Position numbers and translations under genes: made by a program | Notes under the pieces: generated by a model | Database searches by the model: none | The model's input: only the letters and a program-made list of their open reading frames with translations | What the model was told of the DNA's origin: nothing | DNA from: Selaginella moellendorffii | Taxonomy: Eukaryota; Plantae; Lycopodiophyta | Direction: 5' to 3' | Assembly (NCBI RefSeq): GCF_000143415.4 | Contig: NW_003314344.1 | Span: 1-46,073, forward strand | DNA: 46,073 nt | Shown: piece by piece, positions 1 to 11,469 of the stretch | Numbering within the stretch: the first letter of the stretch is position 1 | Layout of the letters: every line of letters begins with the position of its first letter

Positions 1-603
1 AGTGTGACTGGAACACTAATGTGTCGTTCTTCGTCATCTCGGAACTTCTCTTGAATGCACTTCCAAAATGCCAGCCACCTATGGTTTCCATCGATCACCC
101 AAAAGAGCTTTCCAATGAACCCTGCTGTCTCCACATGTTGTCCTAAGAATCCATCAAACTCACGAGACTTTCGCAGCCATATAGGATCCAGCCTGAGGAG
201 CAGTAGGAGCAGCTACCATGCCCCCAGTAGCCTCTGTAGTAGATCCACCTACAACGCTACCAATAACGTCCTCAGCTGGTTCATTGACCTGGCCGCGAGC
301 AGCCTCAGCAACCGAAGGCATAGCACCCCCACCACCGCCAACATCAGATGCAAGTACCCCACCACCAGTACCCGCAGCCTCAGGAACACCAGTACCAACA
401 GCCTCAATAACACCAACATCGATTTGAGTGTTCATCTCAACATCCACGTCATTGTTATACTCATCGTTGCCTCCAGCATGACTAGCCGAAACTTCATTAG
501 ATACTTGAGATGAATCTCCACTCAATCGGCCAAGCCCACAGCGATCAAGGCGGCTGCCTTTTCCTGGAGATCGAGACCATTGAGGTTGGCCTCGGCGCTT
601 CCT
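1..603 (-). pseudogene. 5' part of the ParB-like/MTase cargo gene, internally deleted and frameshifted near 190
   Basis: Minus strand ~190->1 reads DPIWLRKSREFDGFLGQHVETAGFIGKLFWVIDGNHRWLAFWKCIQEKFRDDEERHISVPVT. This is homologous to WDDIWKMKSREFDNNLMSHPETQQFVGKMFYIIDGNHRWCAWMKCIRECFRDD in ORF 21024-21677. The upstream G/A/E-rich ORF 160-525 is in another frame. GT-AG intron at ~604-656. Confidence 0.85.
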
Positions 604-811
604 CTAAAATAAAAAGCAAAACTATTAAAACATCTAACTTGTAATGTAAAGCAAACCTGTGGCATTTGAAGTTCAAGTCCCTTTTTGGAAGTTTCAAGCA
701 GTCAAGCTTGATTTATATCTGCTCTCACAAGAAAAGTTTGTAAGTAAAAGATGTGAAAAATAGATTGTAAACTACAAGAAATACAAAGGAAAAAAACATA
801 AGTCACTGGGA

Positions 812-1433
812 GAGGTTGGTTCGCGCGAGAACTGACCTCACCCTACCTCTCAAGAAAAAGGAAAAACACAACAAGAATACGGGAGAGGTCGGTTCGCGCA
901 AGAACCGACATCTTCCACCCTCTAATTTTCACATGAAATGCCCCATCAAGTCAATGAAATAAAAAAAAAAAACCTTGAAGATGTCGGTTCGCACAAGAAC
1001 CGACATTTCAATCTCTCTCTGTTTTCTAAATTTTAGAAATCTCACCACTAGAAACATGAAAAAAATCAAGAAAGCTCGCTTCTAGAAAAAATGAAGGTGG
1101 GGAGATGTCGGTTCGCGCGCGAACCGATCTTTCCCACCCCTTCAACAAGGAAAAAAAAAAAAAACGAGGTAGAGATGGGCAAAAAGCTAAATAGAAAATG
1201 AAATAGAATGCTAGGAGATGTCGGTTCGCACAAGAACCGACATCTCTATCCCTCAAGAGAAAACAAAAGTTGAGAAAATAGAAACTTCTAATGGAAGAAA
1301 GAAAGTGAGGAGACATCGGTTCGCGCGCGAACCGACCTTCTCAAGGAAGCATACCTTGTTTGAGGAGCGTCTTGAAGCACATTGCTTGATTGAAGCGCCT
1401 TTCTCTCGCGAAAAAACCGCGCGCGAACCAACC
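812..1433. repeat. Interspaced palindromic repeat array (GATGTCGGTTC-N6-GAACCGACATC), 6 units plus a half unit
   Basis: Units start at ~812, 885, 980, 1104, 1215 and 1313, with a half unit at ~1418. The unit at 1215-1246 has a perfect 13-bp stem. Confidence 0.9.
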
Positions 1434-1785
1434 TTTTCGAGCTTGAGTCTCTCTCACTCGTCACAAAAGAATGAAACTCTCTTGAAGGGAAGAGAGCATG
1501 GAGATAAGAGGGAGAACAAAAAATCAATGCTACAACTTTTGTGATTGATTGGCGCTTCTCACTCATAACCACATTCATTTCAACATTATTATTCCTCTCA
1601 CAATCAATTATACAATTAATATGGGCGGCTCTTTAAGATTCTCATATCTCTCTAGATTCTAAACGGTTGTATATTTTGTTAAAATAATTAACTTGTCCTT
1701 TGCAAGGACATAGCTAATTAATGCTCACAATACAGAAGAATATCTTTGTTCTTTCTTGTCAGTTTCTCCCCAAATTTTTTTCTAA

Positions 1786-4700
1786 GTGCTCGAGCAAGGA
1801 GAAGATATGAGAGAATTCTATTTGAAGTTCGATCAAGAGCCTCCAATTGTTTTCTCTAGGAGTGTTATAGGAGAGAACTTCCTCTGCAGAAGATTCAAGC
1901 TGAAGCCAGGATCAGTTAGTTTGGAGAATGTATGTCGTGATAAGGGTAATCAGATAGAAAAATCCATTCTTCTCGACAGTGGTGTGGGAGAGAATGGGAT
2001 TCAATGGGATCTTGATAGATGTACAGGTCAAGAGATTCTAGTTACAGGATCTCCGAAGCGAGGAGAGGAGAGCGCATCAGTTTCACAGCCAACTGTGCAA
2101 AGAGTGAAGGATGAAGTTATTATTCTCTCCAGTGACGAAAATGAAGAAGATGAGCTTCCTGACATAGCTTCCCAGACAAGTAGGTGTGTTCCTTCTGGAC
2201 CAGTTTTTGAAGTGGTGGATAAGGCATTTCGGCAATCTCGATCATTACGGTTGGAATTGAAGGAGTTCCAGTACATGAGAGGTGAGGAGCTTCCTTCTTC
2301 CTATAATGGGAATATATTCTTCGAGTTTCCACCAGCAAGTTCGTCAAGTAGGAAAAGGGGTATGGAAACACGTCTTGATCCACATAATTGGTGCAGAGTA
2401 AAGACGACCCACTTCTCTCATTTCGATGGATCTGTGTCCATAGTCCATTGCGGTGGACAGCTTCAGTGTGTCGCTGAGAAATGCATTTCTGATCATGGCA
2501 AGAATATGTGTTTCTTTGAAGGCTCAGCAATCAATCCCCCTAGGCGTGATGAAGTTGCTACAGGATTTAGATGTCGCAAATGCGGGGCAACACCTGTGTG
2601 TCAAGCATGTTGCGATGCGAAAATGTATTATTTTCTTCCACGGGATGGATGTTTAGGCAGAGCAGCAGTGCATATTGGATACCACCAACACGCAATTGAG
2701 GAAGGAATCCGCCGTGATTCTTTTCGCAATTTGAAGACTGCTGTTACTACAGAGGCTAGGAAGAAAAGTGCAGCAACTCCAAAGTGTGTTCAACAATCTA
2801 TACTAAAGGATTATGTGGTGGACATGTTGTTACAATCTGATAGCCAAAAAGAGTTCACGGAGAATAGCTTGAAGGACCTTCTTCGAAATATAGAACCTAT
2901 GACAAATTTAAACAGGTATAAAATTAACACTGGATGCGAGAAGGGCGAGATGGAAAGCTTCAATCTGGATTGGATGGGATTTTGGAGCTAAAGAGAAAAT
3001 GTCCCTATGAGTTTATTCATGGGAGCTTATTCGTTGGCCAAGTGACTTCGAACAATCAACGCCCTTTCATCTTTAAGATGTCTACCCTTGGTCCTGCTTC
3101 TGGTGTGGACCTTGTACAACGAATGGATATGGATGGAGATGGGGATTTAGCTAATTCCTAAATCCATTTTGACCATATGGAACGAGTTTTAGGCTGGTCA
3201 ACAATGGGAGCTCATGTTTATGATCACAAGTAAGTGGCTTTTCATTTTTTAAGGATCTATACCAATTTACATTATAACCATTCCTTTTATAGGTTGCAGT
3301 GCAATTTGACTATAGCTATAGCCGAATTCAAGGTTCAAGATTTTCAAGCACAAACCATCTTTTGGACATGTATGTCCGAGGTTGTTGAACAGCGAACCGG
3401 GAAGAAACCCAACTTCCGTGGTTTCATGGCAAATGCAGCTGGTGCTAACTGGTTGGCTGTACGACAAGTATTTGGAGGTGATAAAAGTCAGCCATTACAA
3501 GGTAGAGAGAAGAGTTGTGAGTTTCATTGGGCAAAGAGCGTCAATGAACATTGCCGATGCATCAAGTCTACCTTCCATCACGAGTTCAAGCAGCTTTGTC
3601 GGAAATGGATGGATGCACCAACTAAAGAGGAGCACGAGGCAAAGGCAAATGAAATGCGCATATGGTGGCGTGAAGGAGACAAAGTGCCAATTGAAAACCT
3701 TCCACAAATGGAATGCTGGCTTGCATGGTGGGAAGTTCGAATGTTTCAGTGGGGTCATTATACTCTCCATGTAAGCTTTCTCTCATTTTCTTTCTTGTCA
3801 CATTCAAATGTTGCATTTTTTGTAGGATCAACCACTTGATGATATTGCACTTACACCAACAATTAATCTCTTGAGAGCAAACATTGGAGTTGGAGAGCTT
3901 CCGAAGCAGGGAAAGGAAAAGTGTCCCTCTATGAAGCTACACTCTCCGACCTCACTAGATCTCTTGAGCAATCATCAAAAGCTTTGGCTGCACAGGAAGC
4001 AAGGTTTGCTGGTACAGGTCCGAACTTAGACAGGCTTCAAGAGCGGGTTGGTAGAAGGACAACACCAGCAGCAGGGTCAATGTCCAAGATGGTGGAGGAA
4101 GTTGTTGCTGGAACTCCTATGAAATCAAGTTATGAGCCACTTGGGAACATGAGAACAGCCCGTATGAAGCGTCGACAGACATTTGATGGGTCAAACATCA
4201 CTCCTTCTAGCTCTCACCGTCCAGAGTTTGACTACCATTCTGTTCCACGACACCGGAAAAGAACTAAGGAACATGGAGTGGAGGAGGTGCCAATTGTTAC
4301 ACAAGTAAGTCCAGTGCCAGAGGTTGAAAAGGTTATTTCTCGCGAGCCAGTTTCTCGTATCAACTGGGCAATTCGAAGAGTCAGTGCCAAGAGCAATGCA
4401 CGTTGCTCTGGAATGATTGGGAGTCGAGGTCAGTGTCTCGCTTTTGTGCGCTCAGGTTCAAGTTCTTCAGCAGTGCCATGTTTCTGGGGCTGTCGAGATC
4501 TAGGAGTGAAGGGCCGCCAGTCAAGCTGGATCTACTGTTGTGGGACTGATGTTACTCATACAAGCCGGATCCACAGCTCAATTATTTTGAAGCCAGATTC
4601 TGTGCCAGAGGAGTGGCCAGTTGAGCGAAGCTGCAATCTTTTGAAAGAAGAGATTGAAAGTCTGGAGAGAGCAGGTTTCAAGCTAAAGACTTCCTCAAAT

Positions 4701-5117
4701 GTTGCTGTTAGTACTGCTATGCCACCAATATCAACACTAGACCGGCATACACGACCAGCTAGGAATGGGAAGGCTATACAATACAAGTCTTCCATTTCGA
4801 AAGGTGCACAAGAGAAGATCAAGCTGGCAAAAGAGCTAAAGTGCACAATCACAAAGACAAACTACATCAGTGCTATGGCTAAGGAGTTTATTATTGTGAC
4901 TGAGTCATCAAAGGGTACGAGCTACACTGTTAAAATCTGCGAAAATCCATCCTGTACCTGTCCAGATTTTACACAGCGGGAGAACAGGGGAAAGGTATAT
5001 TTAGCCTGCAAGCACATCTATTACATTTTTATGCAGGAACTAAACCAAGATCCTAAGATCGACCATCACATCCACCAGGCAAGCCTTACAGTTGCGGAGC
5101 TTGAGAAGTGTTTTTAG
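1786..5117 (+). pseudogene. MULE-like DDE transposase with GCM/WRKY-like N-terminal Zn domain and C-terminal SWIM finger (copy A)
   Basis: Motifs HFDHM, FMA(N)AAGANW, CEFHW, a disrupted NLSES and CTCPDF...CKH. Lesions: deletion of most of intron 1 near 2925, stop at 3159-3161, D->N at the second putative catalytic Asp, and a frameshift near 3870. Confidence 0.85.
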
Positions 5118-5259
5118 ATTGCTTTTAGTGTTCGGATCTATATTTATATTTGTATTTTATTAGTCGAATTTACTTGGAAATATAGATTAAATCAAAATTT
5201 GAAGAATGGAAAGATGTTGGTTCGGGACGAACCAATGTTTTTCTTGTGTTTGAGAAGCC

Positions 5260-5305
5260 GTGAGCTCAGCTCGTGAGCTCATGAGCTCAAAACCTACCCG
5301 GGCTC
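5260..5305. repeat. Terminal repeat of copy A (TGAGCTC/GAGCTCACGAG motifs)
   Basis: TGAGCTCAGCTCGTGAGCTCATGAGCTCAA shares its core with both termini of copy B. Confidence 0.75.
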
Positions 5306-6385
5306 TTCCATAGATAGTAGAAGGTGCATCTACCTTTACTTAGCATTTTGATATTTGTGTAGAGGGGCTGGAAATGTTGGCAAAACTACAGTTGGTGGAG
5401 ATTTTTTATCTCCTGGATATCCATCATGTGAATCTCATTTTTGGGATGCCATGGTTGGTGAAGGTGGATTTGGAGATAAAGTGGAGTATTAAGTGTCTTT
5501 CACTGGAGTATGGTAGCATTAAAGATGTATGGTTTAGAGAGGGAATTCAACCTCCAGTTGTTATGCTCTCCACTACATCTTTGAAGTGGGTTTGTTGTAA
5601 TGGAAAAATATTTTTGAGTTACTTGTTGTTTGTTCGTGACTTGTGGGACCAAGGTACGTGTGGGGGAGAAGCAGTAGTACGGGATGTACTCGATGAGTTA
5701 TCTGATGTTTTTCCATCTAAACTTCCTCATAGGTTGCTTTTATTATGAGGCGTGGAGCATGAGATTACGTTGGAGCCAGGGACACAGCCAATTTACCATC
5801 GTCCATTTCTGTTAAATTATATGGAGGAGCAAGAAATTTAATAACAAGTCAAGGAGTTACTTGAGTTTAGATTTATTTGGCCAAGTAAGTTTCTGTTTGG
5901 TGCTCCAGTCTTGCTTGTGAAGAAGGATGGTTCAATGCGGATGTGTATTAACTACCATGCTTTAAACAAGAAGACAATGAAGGATAAGATACCGATGCTT
6001 CGTGTGGATGATATCTTAAACAAACTTGGTGAGACACGAGTGTTTACCAAGATTGATCCGAGGAGTGGATATCATCAAATTGTAATGGATGATGCATCTA
6101 TATCCAAGACAGCGTTCAACACAAGCTTTGGCATTTTGAGTTTAAAATTATGCCCTTTGGTTTGACAAATGCACCAGCCATATTTACTCAGTTGATGATA
6201 GAAGTATTTAGGTGTTATATTTATGAGTTTGTGGAGATTTTCTTGGACAATATTATTATTTTCAGCAATAATGTGGAGGAGCACTAGGTGCATTTGCACA
6301 AGGTTTTTTTGTTACTCCGTGACAGTAAATTTTATGTGAAGAAGAGCAAATGTGAGTTTGCAAAGTTGGAGATGGAATATCTTTT
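5306..6385 (+). pseudogene. Ty3/gypsy pol fragment (protease end and reverse transcriptase), degenerate
   Basis: LIFGMPWL, LVKKDGSMRMCINY, FTKIDPRSGYHQI and an FLDNI version of the YxDD motif, with many stops. The 5' part is homologous to 43348-43860. Confidence 0.9.
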
Positions 6386-6389
6386 TGCT

Positions 6390-7350
6390 AGTATCCAAAA
6401 CAAAGTCTTTCAATTCCTATCAACATACAACAGATCATACTATACAAGCAGTCACACTATGTAAAGCATATGAAATGCTACTTACTTGAAAACTCATTTG
6501 GAGATGCTATGAAGTTTTGAGAAGAACTACTTGATGAGACTCCTTTTCCTGAAAAAATTTAAACGACACACATTATTAATTTTACAAAAACTAGAATACA
6601 ATTTTTTACCTCATGTGAAATAGCTAAGGAGGTTTCCTTGTTTATTGTTAGTGTTTGCAACTTTAGTTTGCTAACCTCCAGTGCTTCTTTCTCAGCCAGC
6701 ATTCTTGTGCTTATTCCCAAAAATATGAACCTTCAAATTGCTCAAGAGACTCCTGGTAGGAGGAAAAAGCATTAACATCTTCTCACAATGTTTGCAAAAA
6801 ACCCGAATGTTGTTCCTCCTCTCAAAATTTCATACACTTGGTTTGTAGAGAGTGAAGCGAATGTTGTTCTCATCGCAAACTTTTCCAGGGTTCCATTCAT
6901 TAGCTTCTCCACTTCTTTTTTTATTTCTTCACGACTAGCAAGTTCAGCACTTTCATTATCACCCTCAATAGGACTTTCCATGTTAGTTTTTTCCTGATCA
7001 TTTTTCTCCCACTGCATCTGATTTTTCATGTAGTTTGCTTCATGCCTAGCTCCACTATAGTGCTTTTAAATGAAATTGTAACAGGTGTCTCCTCAATAAA
7101 CAATTCCACACTCATGACATATGATTTTGAAGTGAGTGCATCCATCCCGGTCATATAAAAACAATTCAAACTTGTCTTTCCTCCCTTTTGCCCTCAACTT
7201 TCTCTCATTCTGCTTGGACAATCTCTTCTAGTAATGTATCTCTCTAGCTGAAGTAAGTTTGGAATTCAAACTAGATAAAAATTCAGTTGGATCTTCTTCA
7301 TGAGCTTCATTGGTTGTTGTTGAAGATTTGCCCTCTTGAATTGGTTCTAC
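6390..7350 (-). pseudogene. Remnant of an unknown gene with a C2H2-type zinc finger
   Basis: Minus strand ~7180-7020 reads KFELFLYDRDGCTHFKIICHECGIVY*GDTCYNFI*KHYSGARHEANYMKNQ and continues into ORF 6772-7029. Short GT-AG intron-like segments lie downstream. Confidence 0.45.
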
Positions 7351-7739
7351 TGCTACAAGATTAAGCACACAAACTAGAACTTCAGCTCCAAAAAATGGAT
7401 ATCTCTCCTACCTACATATCATTGCAAGGGAAAGGGCACCCAAAAAGACAAACTCACTCTCAACAAGGCACTCAATCTTGTCTAAAACAATAGCTTCACG
7501 GAGCTGATGATAAGAACACTCCCTCTGAACCCTGATGATTAGCATAATTTATGTGCTTGCATAAAAATAACAAAAACACTTGAGTAAACATTAAAAACAA
7601 ATTGGGAGGAAAAAAAAAGAATAACAAAGCCAAAAATAGGTTGCTAGAAAGATCAATTCACCCATGAACCAATATTTCTAGCACTAGTCATAAAATAATA
7701 GAAAAATGAGAGAGACACAAAAAGGAGTAGTTTCCTTAG

Positions 7740-8012
7740 CACTAGGAAGATTGGTTTGCCACCAAATCAATCTTCCAATGCTAAGGGGGAAAAAAAAATA
7801 GGAGCAATTTCCTTAGCATTGGGAAGATTAATCACCTCCAAACCAATTTTTGAGTGTTAAGGGAATAAAAAAGAAAAGAAAAGGAGCAGTTCCCTTGAGA
7901 CTAGGAAGATTAATTTCCTGCTAAACCAATCTTACAACACGAATAATAAGAAAAATAAAACCTAAATCTGATGTTGGGAAAATTTGTTTGCCGCCAAACC
8001 AATTATTTCAGT
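7740..8012. repeat. Degenerate interspaced palindromic array (GGAAGATTGGTTT...AAACCAATCTT), about 4 units
   Basis: Units near 7745, 7822, 7904 and 7977, separated by A-rich spacers. Confidence 0.65.
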
Positions 8013-8359
8013 GCAAAGTAGCTATGAGGCACAAGTTCCTGATGAGATATGAGCAAGAGATGGGGATATGAAAAAGCAGAGGATAGAGAGATTGAGAGGC
8101 ATAACTTGATTGGGGAGTGTCTTTCTAGTGTCTTGAAGAGCATCTAGCATTTTGATTGAGGAGTGCCTTAAAGCACATTGAGAGATTCAAGTGTTTTTTC
8201 CTTACTAAAACCTTATCCATAAAACCCTAAAAATTAATGGTCACAATCAATAGTACGGTCACAACTAATGGTTATGAGTTTCAATCTTTTCAATGGCAAT
8301 TGCTTCCTAATATATCAAGTTTTTTAAATGGTAAGATATACTTTAATTTGCAGTACACT

Positions 8360-8835
8360 ACAAATGGTAAGATATTTTTATTAGAAAAATCCATTATGAA
8401 CAAAGATTTAACATGTTCTTTTCAAGGATATAATCGTTCAATGTTTTAGATATTAAGATATGTATAATTGATTGTGAGAGTAAATATATTGCTAAAATGA
8501 ATGGGATTATCATCAAAAGGTACCAATCAATCAGAAGAGTTGTAACATTGATAGCTTGTTCTTCCTCTCATCTCCATACTCTCTTTTATTCAAAAGAGTT
8601 TCATTTTTTTGTGAGAAGTGAGAGATGAGAGGGAGAACAAGTTATCAATGCTGCAACTTTCTTGATTGATCGGTGCCTCTCACTCATAATCCCATTCATC
8701 TTAGCAGTAATTTACTCTCACAATCAATTATACATATCTTAATATCTAAAGCATTGAATGATTGTATCTCTGGAATGAACATGTCAAATCTTTGTTCATA
8801 ATGGATTTCTCTAATAAAAATATCTTACCATTTGC
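8360..8835. repeat. Inverted repeat with ~215-bp arms (fold-back), including transposase upstream sequence
   Basis: 8360-8574 is the diverged reverse complement of 8621-8835. The inner part matches ~1500-1615 and ~37305-37420. Confidence 0.85.
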
Positions 8836-8865
8836 AAAATTAATAGAGAGTTAATTGAAAGTTAA

Positions 8866-9525
8866 TAGAGAATAGCTTGAAGAACCTACTTCAAAATATA
8901 GAACTTATAACAAATTTAAATAGGTATAAGATTAATACTTAACTCTACTTTATCACTAATAACACTCTCTTTTTTGGCAAAATAAAGAACTGGATGTGAG
9001 AAGGCAAGATGGAAAGCTTTAATTTGGATTAGATGTGATTTTGGAGTTAAAGAGGAAATGTCCTTGTGAGTTTATTCATGGGAGTTTGTTCATTAGCCAA
9101 GTGACTTCGAATAGTCAACACACTTTTATCTTTAAGATGTTGACCCTTAGTTCTGCTTCTAATGTGGACCTTGTATAGTGAGTAGATATAGATGGAGATA
9201 GAGATTTACCTAATTCTTGGATCTATTTTGACCACATGAAAAAAGTTTCTGGCTAGTCAATTATGGGAGCCCATGTTTATAATCATAAATATATAGCTTT
9301 TCATTTTTTAAGGGTTCCATACTAGTTTACATTATACCCTTATAGGTTGCAATGCAACTTAACTATAGCTATAGCTAAATTCAAGGTCCAGCATTTCCAT
9401 GCTCAAAATGTTTTTTAGATATGTATGTATGAGGTTGTTGAATAGTAAACTAGAAAAAAAATTCAACTTTCATAGTTTCATAGTAAATGCTGCTAGTGCT
9501 AATTGGTTGGCTATGTGACAAGAGC
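8866..9525 (+). pseudogene. Degenerate internal fragment of the MULE transposase
   Basis: Colinear with 2860-3468 and retains the full intron 1 that copy A has lost. Confidence 0.85.
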
Positions 9526-9819
9526 TAAATTGAAAATGCTCAACTAAAAACACATAGGAGTTCCTATCTTATGTTCATCTAGCTAAGTACAGATGCTAAA
9601 CCCAGTTTATTAACACTTTGACAAAAGGGGTTATTGAAGGGAACCAAAGTATTAATCTCCTACTGTTATGCCAGTAAGGGAAAATTGTCTATAAGGACTA
9701 GCCGACTAGTATCTTTTGATACCCGAAGTCATATATGTGATAGAAAGGCGCATTTGAGTAGGGAAAGGGCAAAAGAAAGGTGTGTTTGAGCAAGGAAGGG
9801 CAAAAGAAAGGCACTTCAA

Positions 9820-10075
9820 CCTTGCACTACACTTTAAGACACTCTTCAATTAAGGTATGCTTCCTTGAGAAGGTCAATTCATGCATAAACTGACGTCTCC
9901 TCACCTTCTTTCTTCCATTAGAGTTTTTTCTTTTCTTGACTTTTGTTTTCTCTTGAGAGAAGGAGATGTCAGTTTTTGTGCAAATAGACATCTCCTAGCA
10001 TTCTATTTCATTTTTTATTTAGTTTTTTGAGGAAAAATGAAGGTGGGGAGACATCAGTTCACGTGCAAACCCATC
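9820..10075 (-). repeat. CpG-eroded inverted copy of the copy-A palindromic spacer
   Basis: Largely the reverse complement of ~1180-1395, with many CG->TG/CA changes. A short +strand piece at ~10030-10075 matches 1085-1135. Confidence 0.75.
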
Positions 10076-10394
10076 CAAGCTCAAGAATGGACAATCAATA
10101 AAGTGTTACAAGAAATGGTGTGGAATGGCCCTCATTGTTTTTTGGTTCCTTTATGTCAATTGGTTCAAAACTATTAAGTGCACTTAATTTACGACCTCAA
10201 CATGGCTATCTAGAACTCCTTTGTAGAGGTCAAGTTTGAGAGCACTGTTGGTACCTTCATTGTTTCACCAACTTTCCTAGATAGAGTCAGTGACTGTTGA
10301 ACTTGAGTAAAAGTGGGAAAGTTTCATGGTTGCGAAACTTATATGGTTGCGAAAGTTTCATGAGTTTGATCATTCTTAAGACAACATGTGGAGA

Positions 10395-11215
10395 CTATAA
10401 GGTTTATTGGAACACTTCTGAAGCTCCATAATTATATGGCTTGCTTGGTGGATGTGATGGTTAACCTTAGGATTTTGGCTTAGTTCTTGCATATATATGT
10501 GCTTGTAGGCTAAATATACCTTTCGCATATTCTCCCTCTGTGTAAAATCTAGATAGGGACAAGATGGATTTTTGCTGATTTGAACAATGTAGCTAGCACC
10601 CTTTGATGATTTAGTCACAACAACAAACTCCTTAGCCATGACACTAATGTAGTTTATCTTTGTGATTGTGCACTTCAACGCCTTTGCTAGCTTGATCTTC
10701 TCTTGCGCACCTTTTGAAATAGTAGACCTATATTATACAACTTTCCCGTTTCTAGCTAGTTATATATGTTGGTCTAATGTTGACATTAGTGGCATAGTAG
10801 TATCAACAGCAATATTTGAGGAAGTCTTCAACTTGAAACCTACTCTCTCAAGACTTTCAATCTCATCTTTCGAAAGATTGCAACTTCACTCAATTTGCAA
10901 CTCCTTTGGCATAGAATTTGGCTTCAAGATAATTGAGCTATAGATCCAATTGTTATGAATAACATCAGTCCCACAATAGTAAATTTAGCTTGATTGGCAG
11001 CCCTTTACCCCTAGATCTTAACAACCCCAGAAACATGGTATTGCGGAAGAACTTGAACTTAAGTGCACAAATGCAAGATAGTAACCTTGACTCTCAATCA
11101 TTCCAGAGCATGTATTGCTTTTGGCACTAACTCTTTAAATTGCCTAATTGATAAGAGAAACTAGCTTATGAGTAATAACCTTCTCAACCTCTAAAACTAG
11201 ATTTACTTGTGCACA
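10395..11215 (-). pseudogene. Degenerate 3' part of the MULE transposase (Cys-rich domain and SWIM)
   Basis: ORF 10376-10678 (KCTITKINYISVMAKEF...PSCPYLDF) is homologous to 4840-5110. Confidence 0.85.
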
Positions 11216-11469
11216 TTTAATTTGCCTTTACCTCATGCTCTTCTTTAGCCATTACAAGGTAGAAAGAAGAGTTTTGAGTTTCATTAGGTAAAGGGTGTCA
11301 ACAAGTATTGTTGATGAACCAAGTTTGACTTCCATCATGAGTTCAAACAGCTTGGTGGATGGACTAAGTTGCATAGGTAGACACTTTTCTAATAGATCCA
11401 AAGCGACTTATGTAGGATTAATTGTTAGATTACACCATTCAGTAAGAACATTGTATGCATGTTTAATTA

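Larger units (their letters stand above)
1..5305. mobile_element. MULE-like DNA transposon copy A (left part outside window), with divergent ParB-MTase and transposase genes
   Basis: Same gene arrangement as copy B. It ends in a GAGCTC-rich terminal repeat at 5260-5305, directly followed by gypsy protease-region DNA that aligns with 43348 onward. Confidence 0.8.

Noticed and set aside
812-1433. CRISPR array
   Set aside because: Spacers are irregular, A-rich and partly similar to each other, the repeats are degenerate, there are no cas genes, and the context is eukaryotic.
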